Below, one piece after another: positions 11,501-21,534 of a DNA stretch of 64,000 nucleotides. The notes under the pieces are model-generated. The model was not told where the DNA came from. It made no database searches and saw nothing but the letters and a program-made list of their open reading frames with translations. A program made the position numbers and the translations under genes. The first letter of the stretch is position 1; every line of letters starts with the position of its first letter. Source of the DNA: Epithemia pelagica (Eukaryota > Protista > Bacillariophyta); contig OX337238.1 in the NCBI GenBank assembly GCA_946965045.2, positions 1,178,001-1,242,000 of the forward strand. The letters run 5' to 3'.

Positions 11501-13194
11501 ATCCCATAGATGTCAGTGACCAGAGTATCTCGACCAACAAAGATTTGTGCGACTTTACCGCCATGGTCAACAGCAGGGGTGTCGGAGAGAACCGAGTCAG
11601 TAGCAACGGGTTCATGACGTCGAGGTATATTAAGGACCGGATTGCGAGCCTTGAAATGTTTCTTGAGGGTGTCGTGGTCAAAAGTAATGCTACCATTACG
11701 TGTAGTGTGCTTGAACGTATCGGCAATAACATCTTCAGATTGCCAACCAAAGAATGGACGGAACTTCTTCCAGTCATACGCTTCCTGGTAACGACGGTGG
11801 ACAGAGGCATGAAGTGTAGGATCATCACCTTCTGCGTCAGCATAGATAGAAAAGAAGGGTGCGTCGTCAGGTCCATGATCGTATGGGAGATCCAAAAGGA
11901 GATTGAGGTTACAAACAACACGATCAGTGTACTCCCCATAGTTGTCATATGGATGGTTCGACATACTACCATCAGTCTTGACGTGTTTCCAATCAGGATC
12001 ATTGTCAGAGGGTGTGGGAGAATACGAATGGTCCAGAACACCAGGATCCCATGTGTCGGGTGACGTGAAGATGATCTGAGGTAAGGTATTCATGTCATCG
12101 TCGCTGGGGATACCCAAGGAGTGGATGTAGGCTAACCCATCCTTGATGTGAAGGGGTACAGCACGACCATCAAGTGTAGTGATGCGTTGTTTACCATCAA
12201 CTTTAACAGATCGTTCATCAACAGCAAGTCCGAAATGCTCGAATTGACCAGGAGCATGGATAGATAAGCCCTTTCCATAATAAGCATATTCATTGAAGAT
12301 GCCGACAATAGGTCCATCATTGGTCTCAAACTTTGCGGCACATGTGACGACAGGAAGTCCAGTAAGTTCATGGTTATCAATACCCACAATAGTGATATGG
12401 CGGCCAGTCTTAGAAAGGATGCGCATGTCAGAACCAGCAAGTCCTCCATTAGCACCACGGTCAATCAATTGATTTCCTGGTAAAGTAGATTTCCTGGAAA
12501 ACAAATAGCGTGGAACATGTCCTGCTTGTTTATGCATGTTGGCTTTGAAAGTAACCTTCTTACTCGTCTTGGACTTGGCGTTAGAAAGAACACTAGTCAG
12601 GTCAGTTGCCGGGAGATTGATATCAGTCGTCATGGCTTGGTTGATAAATTGTGTAACCAGATCTGAATCATCTGGATGCTCAGGGACTATGCCAGGTGAG
12701 TTGTCATCAGATGCAACTTGGTTGGGGTCAGGATCAGGTTCCGGATCAATGTCGAGGGCATGTGTTTGCACTTTCCTCGGTGTTGTTGATGAAGGTGCTT
12801 GAATCATCTTGTTATACTCAATGATCAACTTGCGATCTTCTTCAGAAAGTTTGAACCATAGGTCACGCGGTAGACTAACCTTGGACGAAGAGGATGGAGA
12901 TTCAGATGTCGCTTTGGTGTTGTGGACATGATACTCCATATCATCTTGTGAGGTTATGTCAGCATCTGTATCTTGGCCATATAGTGATTCATGTTGTTTG
13001 ACATGTCGACGGCGACTATGAACAGATGACTGGGTTGCTTGATCATGGTCATAAGCTGCGTCTAGAAGGAGACGGAAGTATGATTGATAGCAAAGGGATT
13101 TTGCACCGGATTTGGTGTTCACCACATTATCCAAGATCTTGACTCGGCGGAGATCAGGTACCTTTTCTACAGCTTGCATGAGGATGACAGGCAA
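8533..13194 (-). CDS. Copia Gag(C-terminal part)-Pol polyprotein: protease, integrase, RT, RNase H
   Basis: 1553-aa open frame. PR LIDRGANGG; IN VATDSVLSD...LISDG...AENRY; RT HKARLVADG, GADIGNAYLEA, VYVDDL; RH YVDANL, ETATYGSEFVA, NPADIL. Confidence 0.92.
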   Translation of the reverse strand: MPVILMQAVEKVPDLRRVKILDNVVNTKSGAKSLCYQSYFRLLLDAAYDHDQATQSSVHSRRRHVKQHESLYGQDTDADITSQDDMEYHVHNTKATSESPSSSSKVSLPRDLWFKLSEEDRKLIIEYNKMIQAPSSTTPRKVQTHALDIDPEPDPDPNQVASDDNSPGIVPEHPDDSDLVTQFINQAMTTDINLPATDLTSVLSNAKSKTSKKVTFKANMHKQAGHVPRYLFSRKSTLPGNQLIDRGANGGLAGSDMRILSKTGRHITIVGIDNHELTGLPVVTCAAKFETNDGPIVGIFNEYAYYGKGLSIHAPGQFEHFGLAVDERSVKVDGKQRITTLDGRAVPLHIKDGLAYIHSLGIPSDDDMNTLPQIIFTSPDTWDPGVLDHSYSPTPSDNDPDWKHVKTDGSMSNHPYDNYGEYTDRVVCNLNLLLDLPYDHGPDDAPFFSIYADAEGDDPTLHASVHRRYQEAYDWKKFRPFFGWQSEDVIADTFKHTTRNGSITFDHDTLKKHFKARNPVLNIPRRHEPVATDSVLSDTPAVDHGGKVAQIFVGRDTLVTDIYGIKSTKQFVNTLQDNIRFCGAMETLISDGGSSLISQKVKDILRTLLIGEYRSKPYHQHQNKAENRYQTVKRMTNALMNATGCPANTWLLCLEYVCDLLNHTSSPTHSGRTPLEALSGRPPDITHLLFFPFWDEPNSGSYPSSSDEKLGHWVGFAHNVGDSFTWKILTQDNQIIYRSAVRRVESTTPNLRVDRPSGEDSSEKDDNDKQADTVFIRSDSEDPSKPMPTIDFDDMIGRTFLCNTEENGERHRARVIKRVIDLNEEATKQEERVKYIYQKTNSDVDEMISYNQLMEYIERDNQAQTSGDNLFRFRDVIAHQGPLNTTDPDYKGSKYNLLVDWETGETTYEPLSLIANDDPITVAIYGKKHGLLNEPGWKHLKRYVKTSKRLIRAAKQSRIKQVHHSVKYKFGFQVPRNYEEAVALDKQHGNTKWQDATELELSQIQSYKTFKDFGKAIFIKGKVSNAPEGYHKIRVHLVFDVKHDGRHKARLVADGHLTKEPVETIYSGVVSICNLRIALFLGTLNDLEIWGADIGNAYLEALTGEKIFIVAGPEFKELEGHILIIYKALYGLKSSGVRWHDVLFDVLTDMGFSPSKADPDIWMRKAPGEDCYKYIAVYVDDLAIISTDPGNICKILKEKYNFKLKGDGPIDFHLGCCYTKDSDGTLVADPRRYIGKMMDTFERIFKEKPKKAKTPLIGGDHPELDDSELLDEEGTSHFQTLIGQLQWVITIGRFDVFTATMTLSRFRAAPRKGHLDRAKRIYGYLAHLPEGAIRFRIGEPDYSSLPTQEFDWTRTVYSNASERIPEDCPTPLGRYVTTTHYVDANLMHDIVTGKSVTAVLHLLNGTPIDWYSKRQSTVETATYGSEFVAARTAIDQITELRHSLRYLGVPIREQSYMYGDNRSVVLNATVPHSILSKRHHLLSYRRVREAIAAKYVAFYWKDGKTNPADILRKHWDFVSIWPMLKPLLFWKGEVQDLNKSNDDKAETTSCGEC

Positions 13195-13786
13195 CGTAGT
13201 TATCTAGGCGTACAACGTTAGGAGGCAGAGGGCAAGTCGTCGCGTTCACGACGTAGATGGTATTGTAGTATCCAGTTGGGCGCTCGAAGGTTAGGAAGCG
13301 GAGGTGGACAGTACGGATGGGGTTGCCCGAGAGGGCGGCCAAGATGAGGCGACGCCTCGGAGAACGATGAAGTTGGTCGTTCAGACGGTCAATGTCTTCT
13401 TGGTCGACGATGTGGGTCACCGATTGGAACTGGCGTTCGATCTGGGTCTCCCCACGGATGATCTCGGGATCGAAGGTCGAAGAAGTTGGTTGACGGAAGT
13501 ACTTGATATGATCAGCAATCAACCGGGTGGTACGACGGGATCGAGAAGGGACGAGCCGACGAGGCGGACTCGGGGGCCGAAGCAACGGCGCAGGGATCGG
13601 AGCGTGAGGCTGGGTTGGAGTCTCGAATGGGTTGCTGTTGGAACTGTCGACGGAGATGTTGACCGATGTGTTGGCTGCCTTCAGCGTCGGCACCAGTTCC
13701 TGCTGCACCAGGGTATCGGGCTGCCCGGGATGCAGGTTGGCTCGATAGATCTGTCGTACAGGAGTGATAAGCTCGTTAGTATCCAT
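13154..13786 (-). CDS. Copia 5' ORF (probable Gag N-terminal remnant), out of frame with pol
   Basis: 210-aa ORF starting 36 nt after the 5' LTR. Overlaps the pol frame by 41 nt. No recognisable capsid core. Confidence 0.5.
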   Translation of the reverse strand: MDTNELITPVRQIYRANLHPGQPDTLVQQELVPTLKAANTSVNISVDSSNSNPFETPTQPHAPIPAPLLRPPSPPRRLVPSRSRRTTRLIADHIKYFRQPTSSTFDPEIIRGETQIERQFQSVTHIVDQEDIDRLNDQLHRSPRRRLILAALSGNPIRTVHLRFLTFERPTGYYNTIYVVNATTCPLPPNVVRLDNYVACHPHASCRKGT

Positions 13787-13822
13787 GAAACCACAAGGAA
13801 ATAAGCTTTGAGACTGTTAATC

Positions 13823-14607
13823 TGTTACAATTCTTTCTGAATCGTAGGGACATTGATGCTCGGTAGAGCAGACAATCAGGTAGGTCACCAACCGATACAA
13901 ACCTCTCCACGGGTAAGAGAGGAAAGCAAGTCGTAGTCTATCAAAAGGATAGTCGGGACACAAAAGAGGATGTGATAAATGGTGATATTGTTAGATTGTG
14001 TGTTGATTACTACGATAGGTCTACGTGAAATGTTCGGTCCTGCCAATGGTCATGTGTCATAGGTTCTTGGCGGCAACAGGTTTGGAATAGTTGGAGTCGA
14101 TTCATGTGATGTATATGACATGTATATGTGGACGGATAACATATACAGGGTCAACAGCTCTTGCTATGGATTGGCATAGTTGTTTTCATGGCGCGCAGCT
14201 TGTTGACAATTTGGAGATTGTGGGAATGGAAATATGGTCTCGCGTGATCGTGTGTCGTGCTTGGGATACTTAGACCGTTGGGTTGGATAGATGCCGATAG
14301 CGCTCGGATGTCGCTTGGGCGCGCTCGATGATTTCGGGCGCGTACGCTTAGGGCGTTAGTATAATGTCCGAGCAACGGCCAAATTTACGTCCGTTGTAAT
14401 ACCGCACGACCCAGTTTAGTCTTGAGAGTGAGTTCGTCAATCTATTCTCACTTTTCATGATTTGCGAAGAAATATAGGTCGATATAGCGCGAAGCTAGGG
14501 AACATAGCTCGAAGCTAGATGGCATGATGCGATAGCACGAGGCTATGTGACATGGGGAATCGATGAGATGTAGAATCTTACCACCATAGACGGTGAGAAT
14601 TCTAACA
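13823..14607 (-). repeat. 5' LTR of Copia (785 bp)
   Basis: Direct repeat of 7754-8538, followed on the minus strand by a candidate PBS at 13822-13805. Confidence 0.97.
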
Positions 14608-17415
14608 GTTAAGGGCGAAAGAAGGGAAGGTAGGAAAATGCGTTGGTCTGGGGCCGTAACTTGGAACAGCCGCTCGACCACATGCTCTCTCATGATATGG
14701 TTCATTAAATTGTGGTGGGTTTGTCTGTCGTATCTGCTTGGAGTGAACAGGGCTTCTTCGGTGTGTTCATGTGCGAAAAGGGATAGTCCTTTGCGGAATT
14801 TCACCATTGTTGGAGTTGTTGCTTCGGTCCATTTGTGGAAGTGACGGCTGTGGACGTCTGGTATTGGTGTCGCTTTGGAGGATGCAAGGTTAATCGCTCT
14901 CACCATTTGTGTGAGAAATCGGGGATATGCAGCGGCCGCTGCCATTTGGTAGCCAAGTCCTCCTAACCTTTGAGGTAACGCGGCAATGATTGTTGATGTT
15001 TTGCTGATGTCGTCTTCTCCGAGGGAGGTAAGCATGGCGAGGAACCGTTTTGTTAGTTGGTCTGTTTTTCTTGTTGTCTCACTTGACCACAGAGTGGATC
15101 TTGTATCGGTGGCTGGATTGGCAAGGGTAATGTCCGATGGCAAGAGGTGCATGATGGACGCTACCAGTGAGTATTTGAATAACGTATGTTGAGTTTGGAG
15201 GTCGTGGAGTTGGTTGATTTGATTCATTGTGTCGTTCATTTTGTCTAACCTTTGGTTGATGTATTCTTGGGCGAATTTCTTTGATCCAACCGGCTGTCCG
15301 AGGAAGCGAACGCCCGTTGTTATTTCGGCAGTGTCCGGCGCTTGGGGTGCGAGGAAGGAAAGGGCTTCTTCGATGTGTTGCTGTGCCGGTGGTGACAGTG
15401 TCTTTGCAGACGGTTTGTTTGTTGTCGTTGTGAGGATTTTTGTCTTGGAATGGTTCATGATGATTCCTAGCGGTTCGCCTAGTTCCTTGAAGCGGTGGAG
15501 GAACCATGGCAGGTCGCAATGCGGTAAGCAAACGGACGTATCGTCCATGATCGATGCTGTATGGGCTTTTCCACCTCTTCCGTCGTTGCCAGTGTCTCCT
15601 GACCTTTTTCTTGTTGCTGCTCGTTGAGCTTGTTCCTTGTTTATCTGGTTTGTGAGTGCCAGAAGCACTAGGCAGGAGAAGAGGGGGCTGAGTGGACATC
15701 CTTGTGGGAATCCCTCGTCTTGTTTGAGGTGGTTCGGTTCTTTGTTTTCGTTAAAGTACCACGAGTTGCAGGGGTGACTTGTTAAGAGGTCGAACAAGGG
15801 GAGAAGGGGACTTGTCGCTTCGTCGGAAAGCAGAATTTTGCGAGCTTCTGTTCTTGAGACATTGTTGAACATGTTTGTTAAATCAAGCAATATCAACGCT
15901 CTGGTTGGTAGATTGTGTTCGTTTTCTGTGTGGTTGTTCTCTGACTTGTCTGTGTTGTTGTCCTGTTTGTCTATAAATTCTCGTACAGCCATGGCCGTGG
16001 TTTGGGCGGCAAAGTCGACTCCTCCTGGGATTTGGATCCCATATTGTCCGCCCTTTAATAACAAGGGCGTGATATCTTCTGTTACATGGACCAAGGCTGT
16101 TTTGGCAGCCACTCTTTGGATTGCCGTTCCTATTCCGATCGGTCGTAATTTTTTCTGGGTTGCTGATGTCTTTATGCAATGCCAGGAAATAATTGCTGGA
16201 TAACATTGTTTGGATTTGTGGTGGGACTTGGGCGGTCACCACCAGTTGGAGGAGAGCTCTGACATTGCCAAAGTATGGCTTTGTGGCGTCTTTGGCTTTG
16301 GTTGTTCGGTGGAGCGCCATTGCTACCAGTACGTCAGTACAGGAGGCGAATGGTCCGGATGCCGTTCCTGGCTTCATTTGTCGGAGCGCCAGTTCTGTCA
16401 TTTCGTCCGTGAGTTTCAGGTATTGGTTTGCCGGAGGTGGAAGGTTTGTTTGTCCTTGTGCTCTTGTTCCTGGTGGAGGCTGTCGTCTTGCCGGGAAGAG
16501 TTCTTGCTGGCATCTTGCTATTCTTGGGGGAGTCAAGGTTGCCGTTGGAGTGTTGGTTGTTATTCTCTTCAGTGCCGCTCGATAATTTCCAAGGTTTGCC
16601 GCCTGTTGGGCTGCTGAGAGGCGCCAGGATGGCAGTTGTTTTTCGTTTGTCTGCAGTTGTTGTTGATGCTGACGTTGTTTCCCTTTTTTCTTGTTGTATC
16701 TTGGTTTGTTCGGGAGAGGGGTTGGATCCCATGTTGTTTTGTGCAGTTCTTCGATGCGTCCTGATTTTAGGAGCGACAGTCTGTGTCGGAATGCGTTACA
16801 GTAAGTCAGGTGAACGGTGTTTTTGATTGGCGCCAAGAGTAGAGGTTCCAACAATAAAAGGAGTTTCCAAAACGGGCTCGAATCTGTTTCGTGTTTGGGG
16901 AGGCTTGTCTCTTTGAGGATGGATGGCGCCAATGTTGGTGTGGATTCAAGGATCCAGTTGATGATGTTGTTGTATGTCACAAAGAATTCTGCCGGCAGGG
17001 GGGGCTTTGTCTTGTGCCATATGGACCTTCTGAAGGGCGGTGGCGTTGGTTGGAGTTGATAAAGATACGCCAAGCTTTTCTTCCAGTTGGCTTCGATTTC
17101 GGGTGTTGCATGCCTGTATGTAGTAGATACTAGTTGCATGTTTGTTTTCGTTCTATTATGCTTTTTTGTTACGTGTTGTCTTAGATGGCCGGGTGTGGTG
17201 AATATTGCGGTTGGAGTGTCGCATAACTGGCACACGTGGAAGCCATGTGTTGTGCAGAATTTTGTTGTCATGTAGTCGCTTGGGTTGGTTTCGCTATGTT
17301 CTGTGATTAGATGCTCCTTGAGGGAGGCATGTGGCTTGCTGTTGTTGTGAGGCACTTTCCACGGGCAATCGGGTACCGGGCAGTGTCTCGGCGGTGTTTT
17401 CTCTTGGTTACTCAT
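14608..17415 (-). pseudogene. 5' part of CRE-like ORF2 (two C2H2 zinc fingers plus reverse transcriptase) with a +1 frameshift
   Basis: CPVPDC...HLITEH and CQLC...HVTKKH fingers. Removing one base from the A6 run (T-run 16149-16154) restores EKLRPIGIG. RT motifs LLDLTNMFN, GFPQGCPLSP, SIMDD, RFLGQPVG. Confidence 0.88.
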
Positions 17416-20400
17416 TTTGTTGATTGGCCCATTTTGCATGCGGGACCACATGGCCGGTGCGTGAGTCGGTGACGCTTGGGCTGCTCGTCTGGACAAGTGA
17501 CTGAGCGTAGCGCCAAGCATCTTGCGCGTCGGTGTCATTCGAGAATGACGTTGTGTCTTGAAGGTATTTGTGCATTTTGGTTATGCGAGATGGTTTGTTG
17601 TGCCGGACATATTGAAGGATGAGTTCAATCTCGTGTCCTGTTGCGGCGGAGTAATACAGCTCTGTCGTTTCTTCTTCTGGTTCGTCGGGGGGGATGAGGG
17701 ACTGAGAATGTTCCTCCTCTTCTTCTGTTTCCATCATGTTGTCTTCGTCTTCCACATGGTTCCGTTTGTTGTTGTTGTTGGCGTGGTTCTCGTCGTCGAG
17801 GGGGGCAAAGCTGTTGTGTCTTGCCGGTGGTTTGCCGTCCTCCATTTCGTTTGGTGCTGGGTGTGGGTGGCGGTAGGGGCTGGACGCCACCTTGGTCCAA
17901 TCCGTTCCATCGTCGTATGGATCACTGTCGTCTTCGTCGTTGTGGTTGTGGTGGTTTGCCTGTCGTTTGTTCGGCGGAGGAGTTGCTGGGGGGCTGGTTC
18001 GTGCCCTGGGGGTTCCGCCCGTGTTCGTTTGGGTGTTGTTGTTGCGACGAAGAAGTCGGTCGGTGAATGCCAGCAGTCTGTTGGTGTGACTGGACGACGT
18101 TGGAGTTTCTTGATTGTTGTTTGTTGGTCTTGGTGGGGTTGCTGCCACGGCTGCCAGGGTGGGTAGCAGTATGTTTTCCGGAAACCCAGGATGTTGTCTG
18201 ATGGTGTTGGTCGTTAGGTGGTGGGTGTCCGGCGTTTTGCGGAGCACCAATGTGTAATACCTTGGGTCCGGATCCAAGTTGTCGTATTCCGGAAAAATGG
18301 CCACAAATTCCTCCATGTGTTGTAGCATGGCCCACTCTCCGTCCGTTGCTTCTTCGTTAATCGGGCGGAGTTTGATGCGTACGCTGGCGCCAAAGAACTG
18401 GTCGATATCTTTGAGCGCCTCGAGGGTTGTGGTTCGGTTTGATTGTGTTGTGGGCATTGGTGTGATCTGCAACTTGTTGTTGTGCCAGAGAACGTCGCTC
18501 TCTCGGTTGGCGGCGACAAATGCATTGTAGCTTCGGAGTAATGCCTCGAAGTTTTGGCGGGAGGAGGCCGTGATGTAGACCACTGGGACCTGGCCCCTCT
18601 GTTTGTTTTTTAGGTCCCCACTGAAGGTCCCAGCGCGGATCCCGATGTGATCAAAGAAGTCTGTCCAGTTCAGTTTCTGGGGGAGGTGGGTTCGGAGGGA
18701 GTGTTGGATCGCTCCGGCCATGTCGTACGCTGCACGTCGGTGTTTGATCTACTGTGCTGGGACTCCTACCACGATCCCATGTGTCTCACTTGTGCGGTTG
18801 TTGTTTGCCGGGAGGTACACGTTGATTTGGTCCCACCTCGGGTTGATGGTTGGGTTGGATTGTGGTGTACCGCTCCGGAGTACGCTTTGGTCTCCGAATT
18901 CGTCGAAGGTAAAATCATCATTCTTGTGGCGGTGCCACATTTGAAGAACAAAACGTAAGCCTTGTTCTTGGAACACTTCGGTGTCGAAGGCGTCGTTGGC
19001 TGGTGCCGGGGATAGCGTCACGTGGAAGAAAGAGACGTGACCATTGTTTCGTGGACGTTGGTCGTTCTGGTTTTGTCGGTAGTTCATCCGGCCGGCTTGC
19101 TTGGTCTCGATGAATTCCGCCTTGTGGACTTGGAGCCATATGGGTTCCTCGCGTTTGTGGTGATGGAAGAAGACTTGGTCCAAGTGTTCTTTGAGTGCTT
19201 GCTCCGTGAGACGGGGCAGGGCAGATTCCACCTGTGGATTGTGGTTATGGTTGACCATGACGTTCAGGTGGATGAGGATTGCCGGTTCGGGTGATGCGGC
19301 TCATGGCTTTGATTGTTTCTGTTTTCGATACGGGTTGGAGGGAGTTCCTTGATCGATGGTGTCGGGTTCCTTGTTCGGCGTCGTCTTTTCGTCGGTTGTC
19401 TCGTTCTGGTTGGGGACAAAGTTGTCGTCGTGGTCCTGGTGGTGGTCGTCTTGGTTGTTGGTAGCATTCGCTGGGTTGTTTTCGTCCTCATGTGGCTTTG
19501 ATTGTTTCTGTTTTCGATACGGGTTGGAGGGAGTTCCTTGATCGATGGTGTCAGGTTCCTTGTTCGGCGTCGTCTTTTCGTCGGTTGTCTCGTTCTGGTT
19601 GGGGACAAAGTTGTCGTCGTGGTCCTGGTGGTGGTCGTCTTGGTTGTTGGTAGCATTCGCTGGGTTGTTTTCGTCCTCGTTGGTCGGTTCCATGTCGATG
19701 TCGTAACTTTCGTCTGTTTCGTGGTGGGATTTCGGTTGCTGCTCTGGGTGATGGTCGGATTTGGGGGTGGTGTTCTTGGTATCTTTTTCTGGTTTTTTGT
19801 TTTGGTGGTTTTCGGCAGGGTGGGTCTTCGGTTCGTTGTTTTTGTGGTTTTTTTCTTCGTTGGTTTTGTTTTTCTTGTCGTTGGTGGGGCGGCGTTCGGG
19901 GGTGATGGCTGTGGATGTTTCGTCGTGGAGGAATGGCTTGGGTCCTTGGGATTTGGCGCCGCGGGTGTGGCGGCGGCCGGAGGAGGGCTTCGAATGGACC
20001 TGCATGGTTGGATGGCGGTGTTGACGGCTGCTGAGGCTGTTGGCTGTAGTTGGGAGACGATCCGAGGGGAAACTGTTGTTTCCTGTTTTTGTGTGTGTGG
20101 TTGTCTTGTTGTTGGCCCCGTTGTTTGGGCTTGCCCTTGGGTTCTGACGTTGGGTCATTGCCATCTGTCTTTCTTCGGTTGGTGGTGCTGTGGGTTCCGC
20201 GTTGTCCTGTTCTCCGATGGTGACGAGTGTCCCAGGGGGGACTGTTTCGGTCTGGGTAGCGGTGGTCCTTGTCTGTTTTCTTGTCATTGTTGTGGTTGTT
20301 GGTTGGCGTCCTTTGCCGGGGAGTGAGAGAGAGTGGCTTTTGGTGGTGTCGTCGTGTCTTGCATTCAGCGAAGCGGTACCAAATTGGTTTGTTGGTAGGT

Positions 20401-20782
20401 ATGTTGATTGGTGGGCTGGCCTTGGGGCGGGCTCTGGTTGGTGTTGTTTTCCTGGTCTTGTGTATGTGTCGTCGTGGTGGGAATTTTTCGCTGTGTAGGG
20501 GGCTGTTTGTCCGTTGGGGGCTGGATTTTTGGCCAGCGGGGTTCTGGCCGTGGCACCATCGCGGTCCTTTGGGGCGGGTTGGTTTGGTTTGAGTTTTCGT
20601 AGTCCATGCAGTGTTTCCATGGCCAAGGGATGGATCGCCTTGCGTTCCATGTGGTTTCTCGTGATCGGCGGGGGTGCAGTATTGCCCGATCGGCATGTGG
20701 GTCGTGGTTGAGCCATGGCGTTTCTCTTAGCAGCCAATATTGCCCATGGCGGGTCCGCGTCGCGCCCCATCGGCGTGACCAT
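17408..20782 (-). pseudogene. CRE-like ORF1 (about 1120 codons) with two in-frame stops
   Basis: ORF-track pieces 19301-20782, 18749-19258 and 17408-18721 are all in one frame, separated only by TGA 19301-19303 and TAG 18749-18751. The stop overlaps the ORF2 ATG (ATGAGTAA). Confidence 0.75.
19304..19678. repeat. 189-bp tandem duplication inside ORF1
   Basis: 19304-19489 and 19493-19678, period 189 nt (63 codons), one substitution seen (gtcggg/gtcagg). Confidence 0.92.
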
Positions 20783-21534
20783 GTAACGCGGGGATACAGA
20801 TTAGCCAGGAAGACTTCTGTCGGCTTGGTGGTCGTTGTTGTCGTCCTTCTTGTAGTTCACCTCGTTGTTTCTTTTTTTGTTGGGACCAGTTCTCTCTCCT
20901 GCCCCGAATGCCGAAATCCAAAAACGCCAAAGGTCCTATCTTCGCGCGCGCCGGCAATGTGTCACGTAGTCGAAGATGTCACACCAATAAATACAATACT
21001 TTTGACGTGCTCGCGAAACGATGATGGCTATCGAAGCGCTCGCATGACATAGCAGTCGCATTTCGGAAGGAGCAAGGTATCAACAACAACAAAGAATCTG
21101 GACACTCCTGGAAAAATTTCAAATCGATGATATCTCGTCCACCGAAGATAAGTACAGATCTGGAACTGATATTCCAGCTTGCCGCATGCCTTGCTTTTGA
21201 TATGATGCAGAAGCATCACGAGAATGGAGGTGGAATGGTTGAAGGTTCCTCCACTAGACGATTTCCCTTTGAACGCTATCTACGGAACAACTACGTATCA
21301 GAGACAAGAATCTAGTTTTAATCTGAATAAGGATATGACTGTTGTCTCTGCAGCAACTTTGACGTTGATTTTATGTCAGCAAAGAAGGACTTCATCTATA
21401 TGGTTTCCAAAATCGATATGCTTCTTGTAGCATAATTTGCAGGCAAGTTTACCTTGGACCCCCGACAGAATTCTTATATGGTGCGTGGTACCAAGATGTC
21501 ATACTTCTTTTGAACGGTACACGTACGCATGCGA

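Larger units (their letters stand above)
7754..14607 (-). mobile_element. Ty1/Copia LTR retrotransposon (diatom CoDi-like), 6854 bp
   Basis: Two 785-bp LTRs with TG...CA ends. 5-bp TSD GTTAA at 7749-7753 and 14608-14612. PPT (GAGTTGTGGGGAG on minus) at 8539-8551. PR-IN-RT-RH domain order. Confidence 0.97.
6623..20870 (-). mobile_element. CRE-clade-like non-LTR retrotransposon (ORF1 plus ZnF-RT-REL ORF2), interrupted by a nested Copia; degenerate
   Basis: ORF1 20782-17408 and ORF2 from 17415 through RT, C-x-C...H...C knuckle and RPAD...D...E..K endonuclease to stop 6656. Ends are tentative, based on a candidate 8-bp TSD CTTTTTTT at 6615-6622 and 20871-20878. Confidence 0.8.

Noticed and set aside
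13816-13822. Extending the LTR leftward to include GTTAA
   Set aside because: GTTAA here is separated from TG by TC and is best read as part of the PBS. The match to the TSD appears coincidental.
8022-14375. Small duplicated ORFs (8022/14091, 8082/14151, 8379-8855)
   Set aside because: They lie in the LTRs and are duplicated only because the LTRs are.
17558-20326. Long plus-strand hydrophobic ORFs (17558-18166, 19502-20326) as membrane proteins
   Set aside because: They are V/G/L/F-rich antisense shadows of the A/C-rich CRE ORF1.
6623-20870. Assignment to the diatom Ambal group
   Set aside because: No APE or RNase H domain was seen. The C-terminal knuckle plus RPAD-type endonuclease fits CRE-like REL elements. 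Phylogeny is still needed.
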